Below are positions 1 through 13,129 of a DNA stretch of 64,000 bases, in pieces. The stretch spans positions 43,648,001 through 43,712,000 of the forward strand of contig NC_043009.1 in the NCBI RefSeq assembly GCF_006345805.1. The letters run 5' to 3'. How positions within the stretch are numbered: the stretch's first letter is position 1; every line of letters begins with the position of its first letter. The position numbers and the translations under genes were made by a program. The notes below the pieces were generated by a model. It had not been told where the DNA came from and made no database searches. It saw only the letters and a list, made by a program, of their open reading frames with translations. The stretch comes from Octopus sinensis. Lineage: Eukaryota.

Positions 1-215
1 ATTGTTATATTTTTTTTTTTTGCTTTTTCGTTTATTTTTTTCTTCCTTTTCTTTACTTTTTTTCTTCTTCTCCGTATTGGCGGAAAATATGTGAAGGAAA
101 AAGACCCCGTCTATCGATTGTGTTCCCCACACCTAACCTGTACGTATCTTTCCTTCTATGTGAGTTGAGCTGTGTCACAGGATACTGTCATTATTGAGTG
201 CTTAATTAGAAATGC

Positions 216-256
<41 letters not shown>

Positions 257-272
257 TGGTGATGATAATAAT

Positions 273-496
273 TCTTTGTACTAAAAGCACAAGGCCTCAA
301 ATTTGCGAGGAGGGAACTAGTTGATTATTACATCGACCCCCAGTGTTTCACTGGTACTTAATTTATCGATCTCGAAAGGACGAAAGGCAAAGTCGATCTC
401 GGCCGATTATTTGAATTCAGAATGTAAAAATCCGGAAGAAATGCAGAGGAGAAGCATTTTGTCCGGCGTGCTTACGGTTCCGCCAAGCTCGTCGCC
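273..496 (-). mobile_element. tRNA-headed SINE, family B (near full length)
   Basis: Reverse complement gives a GGCGACGAGCTTGGCGG head, a B-box-like TTCTGAATTCAAAT and the central GACTTTGCCTTTCGTCCTTTCGAG...GATAAATTAAGTACCAGT segment shared with >15 other copies here; (AAT)n tail at 216-270. Confidence 0.85.
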
Positions 497-751
497 CTTA
501 TTAATTTATAATTGTTTCAACATTTGGCTCAAGAAGACATCGAAAGGACGATCGGTAAAGTCAAAGTCTACGAAATTTGAACGCAGGGCGTAAAGTGCCA
601 GAAAAAGTGCCGTTAAGCATTTTGTGCGACGCACTCACGATTCTGCAAGCTCGTTGCTTTATGGCTTCAAACTTTGAAACAAAGTCAGCAATTTTAGAGA
701 GAGAGGGTTTGCCGTTTGCATCGACCTCATTACTTCACTTGTACTTGCAAA

Positions 752-1129
752 GATGACCTCAGTCCAGTTTCGAACTCAGAACACCATCTTTCACTTCACT
801 TGTACTTATTTTATCGTCCTCGAAAGAGTGAAACGCGAAGGTGACCTCAGCCCAGTTTTGAACTCAGAACGTCATCTTTCACTTCACTTGTACTTATTTT
901 ATCGGCCTCGAAAGAGTGAAACGCAAAGATGACCTCAGCCCAGTTTTGAACTCAGAACACCATCTTTCACTTCACTAGTACTTGTTTTATCGACCTCGAA
1001 AGAGTGAAACGTAAAGATGACCTCAGCCCAGTTTCGAACTCAGAACACCATCTTTCACTTCACTTCTCGAAAGAGTGAAACGCAAAGACGACCTCAGTCC
1101 AGTTTTGAACTCAGAACGTCATCTTTCAC
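752..1129 (-). repeat. 88-bp tandem array (about 4.5 units) derived from the SINE-B B-box/central segment
   Basis: Units start at 752, 840, 928, 1016 and 1087 (the fourth carries a 17-bp deletion); the unit contains TACTTATTTTATCG...GAAAG...TTTGAACTCAGAAC, as in SINE-B minus-strand copies. Confidence 0.9.
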
Positions 1130-2053
1130 ATTAGTATTACAATAAAATTAAGTACCAGTAAAATACTGCGGGCCGATGCACATTTCTATTATGCCTCCAA
1201 AATGTGAATAGAATAACAACGGAAGAAGCTATCGCAGAAAAGCTGGAAATGCGTGTGGAGATGTATGTACTTAAAAGTGTATGCATGCGCGCGCGTGTGT
1301 GTGTGTGCGTGTAAGCATGTCAGTGAGTGTGTGTGTGTGTTTGTGTGTACGCGTGTGTGCGCGCGTGTGCGACTGGGTGAATTAGGTGCTAACCTATTGT
1401 GAAGAATTTTTTTTTTCTAAAGAGAACTTTGCCTGATTATTACAACATGCGTTTGTGCGCGCACCTGTGCGTGTTGAGTGAGTGTATATGTGTGTGTGTG
1501 TGTGAGAGAGTGCGGGCACGCGCGTGCAATTACACGTGTGAATATTAATAGTGTTAATATGAGCTTATTGTATATACGGTGCTCAGGTGCGTTATAATAA
1601 TTATTGTCCGTGTGTGTGTGTTGTTTTGTATATGTACCTGTGCGTGTGCTGTGTTTTGTATACATACGTGTGTGTGTTTGTGTGTCTGTGTGTCAACGCC
1701 TTTCCCTTCTTATTGCGTGTGTACACGTCTACCGAGGAGAGAAGGCAGCAGGGAGCCATGTAGAACTTTTGGTAACACTTAACAAACAAAAAAAAAAAAC
1801 GATATTTTAGCATTAACAGAAACCACTTTTATTCCTTTTGTTAGAACCAGTTATTAGTCTACAGCCATGCTGGAGCACCGCCTCCAAAGGTTTAGCCGAT
1901 AACATGGACGACAGTACAGATTTTCAGTCCGGTATTAAATTTATCAATAACTATTTGTCGAACCGCTCGGTCACAGGACATAACATCCACACTTACAGCA
2001 GCAGTTGTTTTCTTAAAGACTAATTTAAACACACACACACATACACACACACA

Positions 2054-2084
<31 letters not shown>

Positions 2085-2367
2085 GTACCCACAAAACAGA
2101 TTTCTTCATCAGTTTTCATCAACCAAATTCCATCCGTAGGGCATTAGTCAATCTATAACATGTCGCTAGAGTATAAGAATAGTCGCCGTTTTTTGTCGCA
2201 CATTGGAAGCGAACGCGGAAACGCTTGGTTGCAAAACGCACTCTTTAACCACACAACTATTTTCACCCAGTAAATGGTAACTCATATATACGCAACATTA
2301 TACACACATAACACTGCACAAATACAGTATACCTACAGCAATGCATACATACATACACATACATACA

Positions 2368-2401
<34 letters not shown>

Positions 2402-2469
2402 CATACATACATACATATACCATACATACAACATAATATACATACATACTACATACATACATACATACA

Positions 2470-2500
<31 letters not shown>

Positions 2501-2857
2501 TATATATATTATATAAATATACATATATATATACAACACTAAACTACAGACAACACAATATGCACACTGCACTCATTTAAATATATATACAATATACGTG
2601 GAATGCATGCATGTATACACGCAGAAAACCCTGCGTTGATATAATATATACATACTGCAATATGCTATACATACGCTACCCTATATACACACACAAGCAG
2701 GCGAAAGGCGTTCAGTTACATAATCACTAGGCCTATTCCGATCGATACAGTCAGCCAGGTCTGTCCCAACAGATTGCTTTATAAATGACGGCAAGAGACG
2801 TGGAACTTCATTAAACTTTTCCGACAGCAGTACTGGGTTAGCAATATTTATAAAACA

Positions 2858-2930
2858 ATAGCCTCGGGCCGACCAAAGCCTTGTGAGTGGATTTGGTAGA
2901 CGGAAACTGAAAGAAGCCCGTCGTATATGA

Positions 2931-2982
<52 letters not shown>

Positions 2983-3187
2983 CTGTGTTTGTCCCCCTAG
3001 CATTGTTTGACAACCGATGCTGGTGTGTTTATGTCCCCGTTACTTAGCGGTTCGGCAAAAAGAGACCGATAGAATAAGTACTGGGCTTACAAAAGAATAA
3101 GTCCCGGGGTCGAGTTGCTCGATTAAAGGCGGTGCTCCAGCATGGCCGCAGTCAAATGACTGAAACAAGTAAAAGAATAAAAGAGAG
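2858..3187 (+). mobile_element. SINE family A, 5'-truncated (A1 end + internal TA/TG microsatellite + A2 module)
   Basis: ATAGCCTCGGGCCGACCAAAGCCTTGTGAGTGGATTTGGTAGACGGAAACTGAAAGAAGCCCGTCG, then (TA)n(TG)n, then the A2 module ending AAACAAGTAAAAGAATAAAAGAG. Confidence 0.9.
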
Positions 3188-3570
3188 TATATATATATAT
3201 AGCCACCGGGAGACTGGTAGATATATGTGTGTGTATATATATATATACATAGACAAATAAATAGATATAGACAGATATGCTTCGGTCAGTTACGAATTAC
3301 GAGTCAAAGGCTAACTGCTCCGTGTTTCTCAATGAAGAGCAACCACCACCACCACCACCACCACCACCACTTCTACTACTACTACTACTACTCAGCCTTT
3401 GATGTCCCATGAAAAAAAATCTCTGCTGTACTCCAGTTTGTGTCTCCTAGCCTACAACTTTATCACGACCGATCTATCTATCTATCTATCTATCATCTAT
3501 CTATCTCTATCTATCTATCTATCTATGTATCTGTCTATCTATCGTTCTGTCTGTCTGTCTCTGAGTTTTT

Positions 3571-3690
3571 CTCCCACACTTCCCAGTGACTGCACTTCCT
3601 ACTTCCCGGTCCTTGTCCGTCTGGAGCTTCGCTTCCGGTATATAAAGCCAGTCGTCGTCCAACACCCGCCCAGCCCGGCCCCTTTTTGTT
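3571..3690 (+). promoter_or_regulatory. candidate RNA Pol II core promoter (TATA box + clustered ETS-like CTTCC motifs)
   Basis: TATATAAAG at 3639-3647 directly after CTTCCGG; further ACTTCC motifs at about 3578, 3594 and 3601; 8 CpGs in 3601-3680 in a CpG-poor background; non-repetitive sequence. Confidence 0.4.
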
Positions 3691-4132
3691 ATAGACCTGT
3701 CTGTTGTATGCTGCTTTTTTCCTCCCCATTGGAATCCATTCAACACCACCACCACCACCACCACCATCATCATCACCACCAACATCATCATCATCATCAT
3801 CACTATTGTCGCTACCACTAATCAACCCATTGTTACACACACACACACACATTGTCTCGTTCATATTCCCCCTTTCGCACACACATACACACACACACAC
3901 ATACATAGTCATCACGATCCCAAATCCATCATCGTGTCCCCCCACCAACCAACCCCCATGCCCGCTCCTCCCTCCCCATTCTTCTTCTTCCCACAAATTC
4001 CTCGCTGCTCTGTCCCATCACACAACAACACAATGACAACTTCTAAACACTCCATCACTTCAGCTTCCAGAAAATCCTTTTGTTTTCCTCACCGCTGCCA
4101 CCATCACCACCACCACCACCACCCTACTTATT

Positions 4133-4183
<51 letters not shown>

Positions 4184-4320
4184 GGGGCCCTCTTCAGCTT
4201 ATAGTTTTCTACCTATCTCCCTGTCCCCCCCCCGCCGCTACTTATCCAAAGCCCACAAACACACACATGCACCTTTATATTCATTTCTTTCCTTTCACCC
4301 TCTCCAATCACTTCTTCCTC

Positions 4321-4363
<43 letters not shown>

Positions 4364-5503
4364 CCCTGTCGTGTTCACCATCATCCTTCTCTCTCTCTCT
4401 CTCTCTTTACTCCCTCCCTCTCCACTCTCTCCCTCTCCTCTCTCTCTCTCTCCAGCTCTCACTCTCTCTGTATGAGATATTTGCTGATCGTTGAGTCATA
4501 AGCAAGAAGTTCTGATCTAATGGAATTTTCTGGAATGAGAGAATAAATTCCTCACACACACACACACGCACATGTACACACACACACACATCCCCCTGTC
4601 TCTCTCCCCTACAGTAGCTTCACTCACACAACAGTCACTCTCTCTTTCACCCTTCACATCATCTTCCTCTTCTAAACACCCCCCCCCCTCATTTGCATCA
4701 CCTCACACTCTCATTCTCCTCTCACCACAACCATCTCTTTATCCTCCCTTTCTCTTTCTCCTCTTCCTTCTTACTTTTTCCCCCCTCTCTTCCCTTTTTC
4801 TAGGCTATATATCCCTCTCCACAGAACCCTTTAAAACTCCCCAGCACCCCAGCCTCCACTTTACAACAAATACCCTGATCATCCCTCTCCAAATCTCCAC
4901 TCTCCTTCACTATTAATCACCTTCTGTTGGTCCCCTTTCTCTCTCTCTCTCTCTCTTTCACCCCCATCCCTCTCTCTCACTCACTCACCTATTATCCTTC
5001 CCTTTACCTTCATCCACCACCCACTGCCATTTAGGGGCCCCACCACCCACAACCACCATCGCCTTAGTCATTACCAGCACCACCACCAACACTGTCATCA
5101 TCAACCCCTGCCCCTATCCCCAACTTAGTCATCAACCCATTGCCTTTCATTATCTCTTACTGTCTTGTCTCTTTTGTTATCAACCCTCTCCCCCCCCACC
5201 TTCAACCCTCTTGCACTGCCTACTGTTGCCTCCACACACACACACACACACACAAACACATGCACACACACACACACACGCTTACACGAGTGTATGCGTG
5301 AGAGTGTGTAAGAATGAATGTGCACAAGTTGTCAAAAACATACCCTCACTCTTACTACCACCTGTGTGCACTTATATATATGCGTGTGTGTGTGTGTATA
5401 TATATGTTAGTGTATTAGTAAGTTATAATGAAATGTGTCATATACACACAAACACGCAATATATATATATATATATATGTATGTATATATATATATATAA
5501 ATA

Positions 5504-5637
5504 TTGCTTCCCAACCACATGGTTCCGGGTTCAGTCCTACAGTGTGGCATCTTGGTCAAGTGTCTTCTATTATAGCCTTGGGCCAACCAAAGCCCTTTGA
5601 GAGGATTTGGTAGATGGAAACTGAAAGAAGCCCGTTG
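5504..5637 (+). mobile_element. SINE family A, A1 module
   Basis: TTGCTTCCCAACCACATGGTTCCGGGTTCAGTCC...CTGAAAGAAGCCCG. Confidence 0.85.
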
Positions 5638-5769
5638 TATATATATATATATATACCGGGATGGTCATTAATCACTTTATTCATTTCTTTATCATTATTA
5701 GAAATGGGTAAAGCGACTTATGGCTATCCCTGTGTATATATATATATGTATATATATATGTATATACAC

Positions 5770-6287
5770 AGCTGTTTTCCACTTTTTGCAGTCATTGGCA
5801 TGTTTCTTGGCTGCTTCCCATGTCAGGCCGCTTGTCCTGAGCTTGTCCAAAATGCTCCGCTTCCATGTCTGCTTCGGGTATCCTCGCTTCCTTTTCCCCT
5901 GCAGGTTCCAGTCAAGTGCTTGTCAAGTCACATTTGAGGGTTCTTTCCGCAGAGTGAGTCTGATCCATCTCCATTTCCTTCATCTAATCTCCTGGTTGGC
6001 CTTTTCCTACAGGTCGGTGTTTGGCACTCTGTTGAACCACTTCAGATGGAGGATCTGCCGGAGACATTTGTTGATGAAGGTCTGGTTCTTCTTGTAGTTG
6101 CTGCAGGTGGCTCTCCATGTTTCAGAGCCATACAAAAGCACAGATTTTACGTTTGAACTAAATAAGCAGAGTTTAGTACGAGTTGAGATGGCAGTGGATT
6201 TCCATACCGGCTGAAGAATAGCGAAGGCTTGCCAAGCCTTCTTGCTTCTTTCCGTGATGTCATTGTCTGATCCATCTAATTTGCTGA
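5770..6287 (-). mobile_element. RTE-clade LINE, decayed C-terminal ORF fragment
   Basis: Minus-strand translation ...KKAWQAFAILQPVWKSTAISTRTKLCLFSSNVKSVLLYGSETWRAT...FINKCLRQILHLKWFNRVPNTDL, continuing with stops to WNLQGKRKRGYPKQTWKRS; LLYGSETW, CLRxIL and GKRKRGxPKxTW are RTE RT C-terminal hallmarks. Confidence 0.9.
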
Positions 6288-6289
6288 TC

Positions 6290-6665
6290 TTGCTTAGCAA
6301 TATTTTGTCTGTCAAAATGTTCTGAGTTCAAATTCAGCCGAGATTGACTTTACCTTTCATCCTTTTGGGGTTGATTAATTAAGTACCAGTTTCATACTGG
6401 GGTCGATGCAATCGTCTATCCTCCTCTCCAAAATTCCTATAATGGAAAGGATTCTACCAGCTCGTCACCTTACATAATAAGGATTTCAAATTTTGGTGTG
6501 AGGCCAGTAAGTTAGGAGGAGGGAGTAAGTCAATTATATTGATACCAGTGTTAAACTGGTACTTATTTTATCAACCCTGAAAGGGTTATAAAGCCAAGGC
6601 GACCTTGGTGGAATTTGAACTTGGAACATAAAGATTGACAAAAGGCTTCTCAGATTTTGCCTGGT
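6290..6665. mobile_element. two SINE-B fragments in opposite orientation (about 6290-6445 +, 6485-6665 -)
   Basis: Both contain the SINE-B central segment and B-box region. Confidence 0.75.
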
Positions 6666-7704
6666 GCAGTAATTTTTGTCAACTCATTGCCTTTACATAC
6701 ATACATACATACATACATGATAATTGTAACAAAGTCATATAGACAAAAACACACATATTTGCGGATACACATTGTGAAGCAACAGCAACAACACACACAC
6801 ACACACACTGAGATAGTGAGGTAGATAGATAGATAGATTGAGAGAGAGAGGGGGGGGGATAAGTGTGTGTGTGTGTGTGTGTATGTGGAACCACTGCAAG
6901 AATGGTTTAAGATGACAATAATTGCAAACAGTCAGCAAAATAAGACCAAGTGATAGATGTGTTATCTTACTTTTCCTTATTTCATTACGGGGGGTGGGGT
7001 AGGTGACACTACTGGCGGTGAGAGGAGGAGGTGAGTAAATGAAGGTGGTGGTGGGGGGGGGCGATGGAATGAAGAGGTGAACCATTAGTGATGATGGTGG
7101 CAAAGGAAAGGGAGTGGGGAGAGGTGTAGCAGTGGTGGTGGTGGTGGTGGTGGAGGGAAGAGGTGACCTAATGATAGTGGAAGAAGGTGAGCTACTAGTA
7201 GTGGTGGTAGTGGGAGAAGGTGAGCAAATGATGATGCTGGAAGGAAGTGAGGTACAGGCAGTGGGATGAGATATGTAATGATGATGAGGAAAGGTGAGCT
7301 ACCTGTAGTGGAGAAGATTATGATGGTGGTGGTGGTGGTTGTGGTAGATGAAAGTGAGCTGCTGCTGATGATGATGATGTTGTTCATGGTGGTAGTGAGA
7401 GCAATGGTAGAGGTGGAAGTAGCTGAGCTAACATTGGTGGTAGGAGAAGATACGATGTGATGAGGTAAACTGCAATAGTGTTGATGGTGGTGGTGGTGTT
7501 GGCATCACAAAATTTCTCTGGGACACCTTGCTGATGCTTAGATGGTAGTGGTGGAGACTGCCAAGGAACTCATACGGGACTCCACATCATAAACATAGCA
7601 GAATTGGTAGAGCACCCAACAAAATGACTTAGGTGTTAAAGTTACAATGTGACTTGTACTCATTGCATTCATATATCATGAGAGCCAATAACATGATTTG
7701 TAGT

Positions 7705-7890
7705 TTATTAGAAATAGCAGCCAAATCACCTTAAAAAAACCCCCTACCACCTTAAAACACAATTAGTTAATGTGGTTTGAAAAATCATTAAGGATCTCTC
7801 CCCACCCACTAAAGGATAAAAGAAAATGTGGGACAGGATGGTCACAGCTGGAATGGCACTGATTTAGGCTGACCTGGGGTTAAACAATGA
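7705..7890 (+). repeat. unclassified interspersed repeat family D
   Basis: AGAAATAGCAGCCAAATC...GGATGGTCACAGCTGGAATG...GCTGACCTGGGGTTAAACAA; related copies at about 23550-23930, 26040-26235 (-), 30583-30660 (-), 41275-41435, 49680-49760 and 51040-51245. Confidence 0.6.
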
Positions 7891-8162
7891 TACAGTGTGA
7901 ACATTATTAAATAGATGTATGGCCCTGTCATAAGATGTGTAAAGATCAGGTTCTACCTTGTTTTTATTTTACTGCCCTTAATGACTTGGGCCCTATATCT
8001 GTGGGCTTCAACTAATTACACACTCACCCCATATATACATGCATGTATATATATAAATGTATTATATCCAAGAGGGTGCTTGGAATGCCATGGTTCAAAT
8101 GAGGGCTCAATATATGTGTCGGATATAGGGGCTATGTTTATTAGTAGAAAAATCCACCCATC

Positions 8163-8200
<38 letters not shown>

Positions 8201-8693
8201 CACATATTTATATGTGGGTGGAGTGTGTAGGTATATATATATCTGTGAATGTGTGTGTGTATACTGTTAAGTAGGAGTAACAGAATAATGGCGAAGAGGA
8301 AGAGGGGAACCAGAAAATAGCAGGAAATGGAAAACACTAATAAGTAGAAATTAGATAATTATAAATTTAATCTTAAAATTTTTAGCTATTCCACCCTTCC
8401 TTCCTCTGCCTTGCTCACTGGGTACAGCGACACACACACACCACACGCAAGCACTAACACACCTTCAGAATAATCAAACATACAGTTACATATATATGGC
8501 TTTATGCGTATATATAAACGATGACATCTGGATATTGTTATATATATATACACGTGAATGTATAAACTTATGAACATGCCAGTAAGTGCAGGAAATGTAT
8601 ATAATATGAATACATACATCTCATAAATGTATATATGAATTCATACCTCTCATCCCTCTCTCTATATATATATGCATATGTATGTGTGTACGC

Positions 8694-8749
<56 letters not shown>

Positions 8750-8791
8750 ATGAACGCTACCTATAGATTACACTCATGGATAAGCAATATA

Positions 8792-9196
8792 TTCTTTTAT
8801 TCTTTTACTTGTTTCAGTCATTTGACTGTGGCCATGCTGGAGCACTGCCTTTAGTCGAAAGATTGGCCCCAGGAAAGATTGTAAGCCTACTACTTTTCCT
8901 ATTGGTCTCTTTTGCTGAACTGCTATGTCCGGGGCCGTAAACACACTAGCATTGGTTGTCAAGTGGTGGTGGGGGAACAAACACAGGCACACAAGCATTC
9001 ACACACACACACACACACACGCACACACATATATGACAGGCTTCTTTCAGTTTGTCTACCAAATCCACTCACAAGGCTGTGGCCAGCCCGAGACTATAGT
9101 AGAAGACACTTGCCCAAGGTACCATGTGGTGGAACTGAACTCAGAAACATGTGGTTGGTAAGCAAGCTACTTTACCACACAGCAATTCCTGTGCCT
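8792..9196 (-). mobile_element. SINE family A, full bipartite copy
   Basis: A2 reverse complement at 8792-8995, internal (CA)n, A1 reverse complement ending ...TTACCACACAGCAATTCCTGTGCCTA; partial head duplicate at 9201-9231. Confidence 0.9.
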
Positions 9197-9317
9197 ATAG
9201 CTACTTACCACACAGGCACTCCTGCACCTATTTATATATATATATATATAATATATATATATATATATGTTTTTATATATATACATGTGTGTATATATAT
9301 AGTTGAAATATATAGAA

Positions 9318-9455
9318 GAACAAAAGACAAAGACAGGTGTATAAACAACAAGCGAGTGTATTAGTTTGATGCTCAGGAAGGTGAGAAAGTCTTTTATGTT
9401 TTGAACCTAAGCTCTTCTGCAGAAAGGAACACGAGGAAATAAACAGAGAGAGTTA
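9318..9455 (-). mobile_element. repeat family H (Penelope-like pLTR/retrozyme-like), decayed hammerhead motif at 9391-9426
   Basis: Minus strand CTTT-CTGCAGA-A-GAGC-TTAG-GTTC-AAAA-C-ATA-AAAG; homologous to 16655-16800 and 62078-62185. Confidence 0.6.
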
Positions 9456-10214
9456 ACAATGATGTCAACATTGCATACATAAGTATAGCATGGATTTTCA
9501 CATTGTCACACATGCACCCGCACACACATGTGGCAACATGCACACATGTCAATATACACACATGTCAACATACATATATATATACACACAATTACATTTT
9601 CCTACATGCATACATTTATACATACACACATACATACATTCATACATACATGCACTTGTACACATTCACACTTATCCAAAGCAGTGTACTTATACACATA
9701 CATACAACACACACTCATAGAAACTAGTGCACACATGCACACACAAACACACACACACATGCGCACACACACACACACTTATATAAAGATGTTCATACTT
9801 ACATACTTACATAATTTACAAACCTGCCTCATTGCCCCATTCAAGACATTGAAAGCCCCCTTTAAAAACCTTTTTAGCCACTTTGTTAGTAGGGAAATCC
9901 TAAATAAATATGCTGTTATCACATTTTTCCACCTGGGTCTTAAAAACAGGATATGAATCAATTACCAGACTTCAGTGGTGGTGGTGGTGGTAGTGGTTAT
10001 GGTGCTGATGCTGATGATGATGAAAATGATGTTGATGATGGTGGTGATGATGATGATGATGATGATGGTGGTGGTGATGGTGCCCATCTGAATTCTAATT
10101 TTGTTTGCCTTCCTTACATAAAACTAATGCTATCCACTATCGTTCCCATCTCAATTTCTCTGTTGATCTTTTGGATTTATCTCGAGGAAAAAAGGGCCAC
10201 TCCAATCTCTTCCT

Positions 10215-10405
10215 CCCGCGATACATCATCATCATCATCATCCTCATCAACATTTAATTACTGTTTTCTATGCTGACATGGGTTGGACTGCTTGACAGAA
10301 ACTGGCGAGGTCAGGGGTCACACTAGGTTCCATAGTCTGTTTTGGCTAGGGCTCTATAGTCAGATGCCCTTCCTAATGCCAACCACTTCACAGAGTGCAC
10401 ATACA
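10215..10405 (-). mobile_element. 5'-truncated RTE 3'-UTR copy (family E)
   Basis: (CAT)n tail then TTTAA...CTGTTTTCTATGCTGACATGGGTTGGAC..., matching the 3' end of 22235-22740; more copies at about 11490-11545, 18785-18880, 25285-25400 and 25508-25600. Confidence 0.7.
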
Positions 10406-10659
10406 CACACACACACACACACATTATACGATTGGTTTCTTTCAGTTTCCATCAACAACATTCTCTCACAAGGCTTTGGTCAGCCTGGGGCTATGCAAAG
10501 GAACACTTGCCCAAAGTACTATGCAGTGGGACTGAACCTCAGAATCATATTCTATGTTTTCCCTTTTAGAAGTTTCAGTCATTGGACTGCAGTAATTCGG
10601 GGGCACCAAAGATATATTTTTAAGTCAATAATTCACTTTTCTATTTTACTACTTTCCAA

Positions 10660-10759
<100 letters not shown>

Positions 10760-11705
10760 TAAAACATTTCATTTCAAATCTGTCATCAGAGTGTGAAAGG
10801 CTACGGGCAATGACCGTTCTCAGGTTAATGGCTGTAAATAATGGGAAATATACAGAGAAGAAACTGCTGGACTTATATATGTCTATAGACGAATATAGAA
10901 GTGATAGAAAAATAAGCCAATAGATGCTACATTCTCATGTGCATAATATATATATATACATACACGTATATGTATATATATGTGTGTGTGTATGTAATAT
11001 TATTCAGGCATACACACACACACACAACACACACACACACATGCATCCTAATGTGGCACAAATCTCATGGGTAGCGGTTCCAAAATAGCTGATGACTATC
11101 AGACCCAGCGAAACTAACTGACTGTGACCTCGTGACCCAGAGTTTGCCTGTCCGGGTTTGGCATTGCCAAAAAGTTGTAACAAGACGCAGAGAAAATATT
11201 CAAGAAAAACGCAACAATAACAACACCACTAACAACAACAAGTAGAACAGAATATAATATTGATATTACATCACTCCTCAAATACCATGCCAACGATATT
11301 TATCATATACATACATATTATACAGATACATGTATGTGTACATATATACTTGTGTGTGTGTGGTGTGTGTGTGTGACTATGTACATACATATATATGTAT
11401 GTATGTATATAAAACATGATATGATTAATATAACATGATATAATGTGTTATATGTATGTATACGTCTTTCAGCAAGGTACCACTCTGTAGAGTTTGTAAA
11501 AGGTTTTGCATTAGGAAGGGTATCCAGCTGTAGAAACCGTGTTTAGAAACCATGTACCAGGTTGTGGGACTGAAATCAAAACAAAGTGGTTTATAAGCAA
11601 ACTTCTAAACCACACAGCCATGCTTAGGGCTACACACACTCACGAATGCACACACACACTACCACACAGACAGATCCAAACAAAAGAAATGCAACAATAG
11701 CTATA

Positions 11706-11885
11706 AGTATGTATATATATATATATATATAATAATATATTTCTCTAGGCACAAGGCCCGAAATTTTTGGGGAGGGGGCTAGTTGATTAAGTTGACCCCA
11801 GTATGTGACTGGTACTTAATTTATCGACCCAAAAGATGAAAAGCAAAGTTGACATTGGTGGAATTTGAACTCAGAATGAAAAGAC
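11706..11885 (-). mobile_element. SINE family B
   Basis: AGGCACAAGGCCCGAAATTTTTGGGG...ACTGGTACTTAATTTATCGACCC...TTTGAACTCAGAA. Confidence 0.85.
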
Positions 11886-11898
11886 ATACGAAAATGTA

Positions 11899-11939
<41 letters not shown>

Positions 11940-12567
11940 TTGGAAATAGATGTGTGGCATTCAATTAAATAATAATATAAATAATATAAATAATATATAT
12001 ATATATATATATATAATATATATATTATATTATATATATATAATATGAATATATATATGTGTGTGTGAGTGTATTATACTGGTGTGTGTAGCACAAGGTC
12101 CCAATCATCCTTCGTTACTTCAGTACAAATTCCCATTGGTATCGAAGTGACTCTACGACAGACGGAGATGACCAAACAGGAGGAAGGTTTAGAATGTATA
12201 TGCATATATGTATATATGCCTGTGTGGGTGTTATGTGAAAGTCACTTACGTCAGCTGTGTGTATACGTCTGTCTGAGCATAAGTGAGTTATGTCAGTTTT
12301 TAAGTGTGTTATAGTTGTCAACCATAATCATTTGCATGAAATGTGTGTTAGCTGTATCAGCTGAATATATATATATGTATATATACACATCAGTATCTAT
12401 ATCTATAGCATTGTATCTATTAGGTGTATATAAGCTTGAAAAGTGTTAACACACGAAACTCTTGACCCTTGAGCCACTCAGTAACTTCTGCTGATTGTTA
12501 ATAAAAAATATATATAGTCTCAAGTTTTGAGTACTATATTTCCCTACTAGCATCACAAAACCTGTTA

Positions 12568-12645
<78 letters not shown>

Positions 12646-12772
12646 TATATATATACACACACACACACACATATATATATACACACACACACATAATACA
12701 CACACACACACACACACATATATATACACACACACACAACATATATACACACACACACACACATATATATAC

Positions 12773-12823
<51 letters not shown>

Positions 12824-13129
12824 TATATATATGAAAGCATGTGTGTATGTATGTATATATATGGATTCACACACATATCTATATTTATCAGTCTATTTAC
12901 TTTTATCAGTTTTAGAAAAAAGGGTTGTACCCAGAACCTTCATAGGACTTCTGGGACCAGAAGGAAAGAAAGCCATTAAGGGTTTTGTTTAAAGCAGTGT
13001 CAGCCAAAAGACACAGGAAAAGTCTGTGAGAGGAAGGATTTCAAGAAGGGTGACATTTTGTTGGGGAAGAAGGATTGTGTTTTGTGGATACAATATGTAG
13101 AATAATAATAATAATATTTATTATTATTA

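Noticed and set aside
752-1129. CRISPR-like periodic array
   Set aside because: Whole units repeat with no unique spacers, the unit is SINE-derived and there are no cas genes; the same applies to 46671-47095.
3700-5250. Long C/T/A-skewed block giving Pro/His/Ser-rich ORFs
   Set aside because: Mosaic of CAC, CT, CA and CAT simple repeats; similar skewed blocks recur (7000-7560, 26400-26900, 47200-47460) without coding signals.
12900-13080. Minus-strand KSFLS...VPEV resembling a LINE RT motif
   Set aside because: Spacing and the GVPQGS motif are not recovered; too weak to call.
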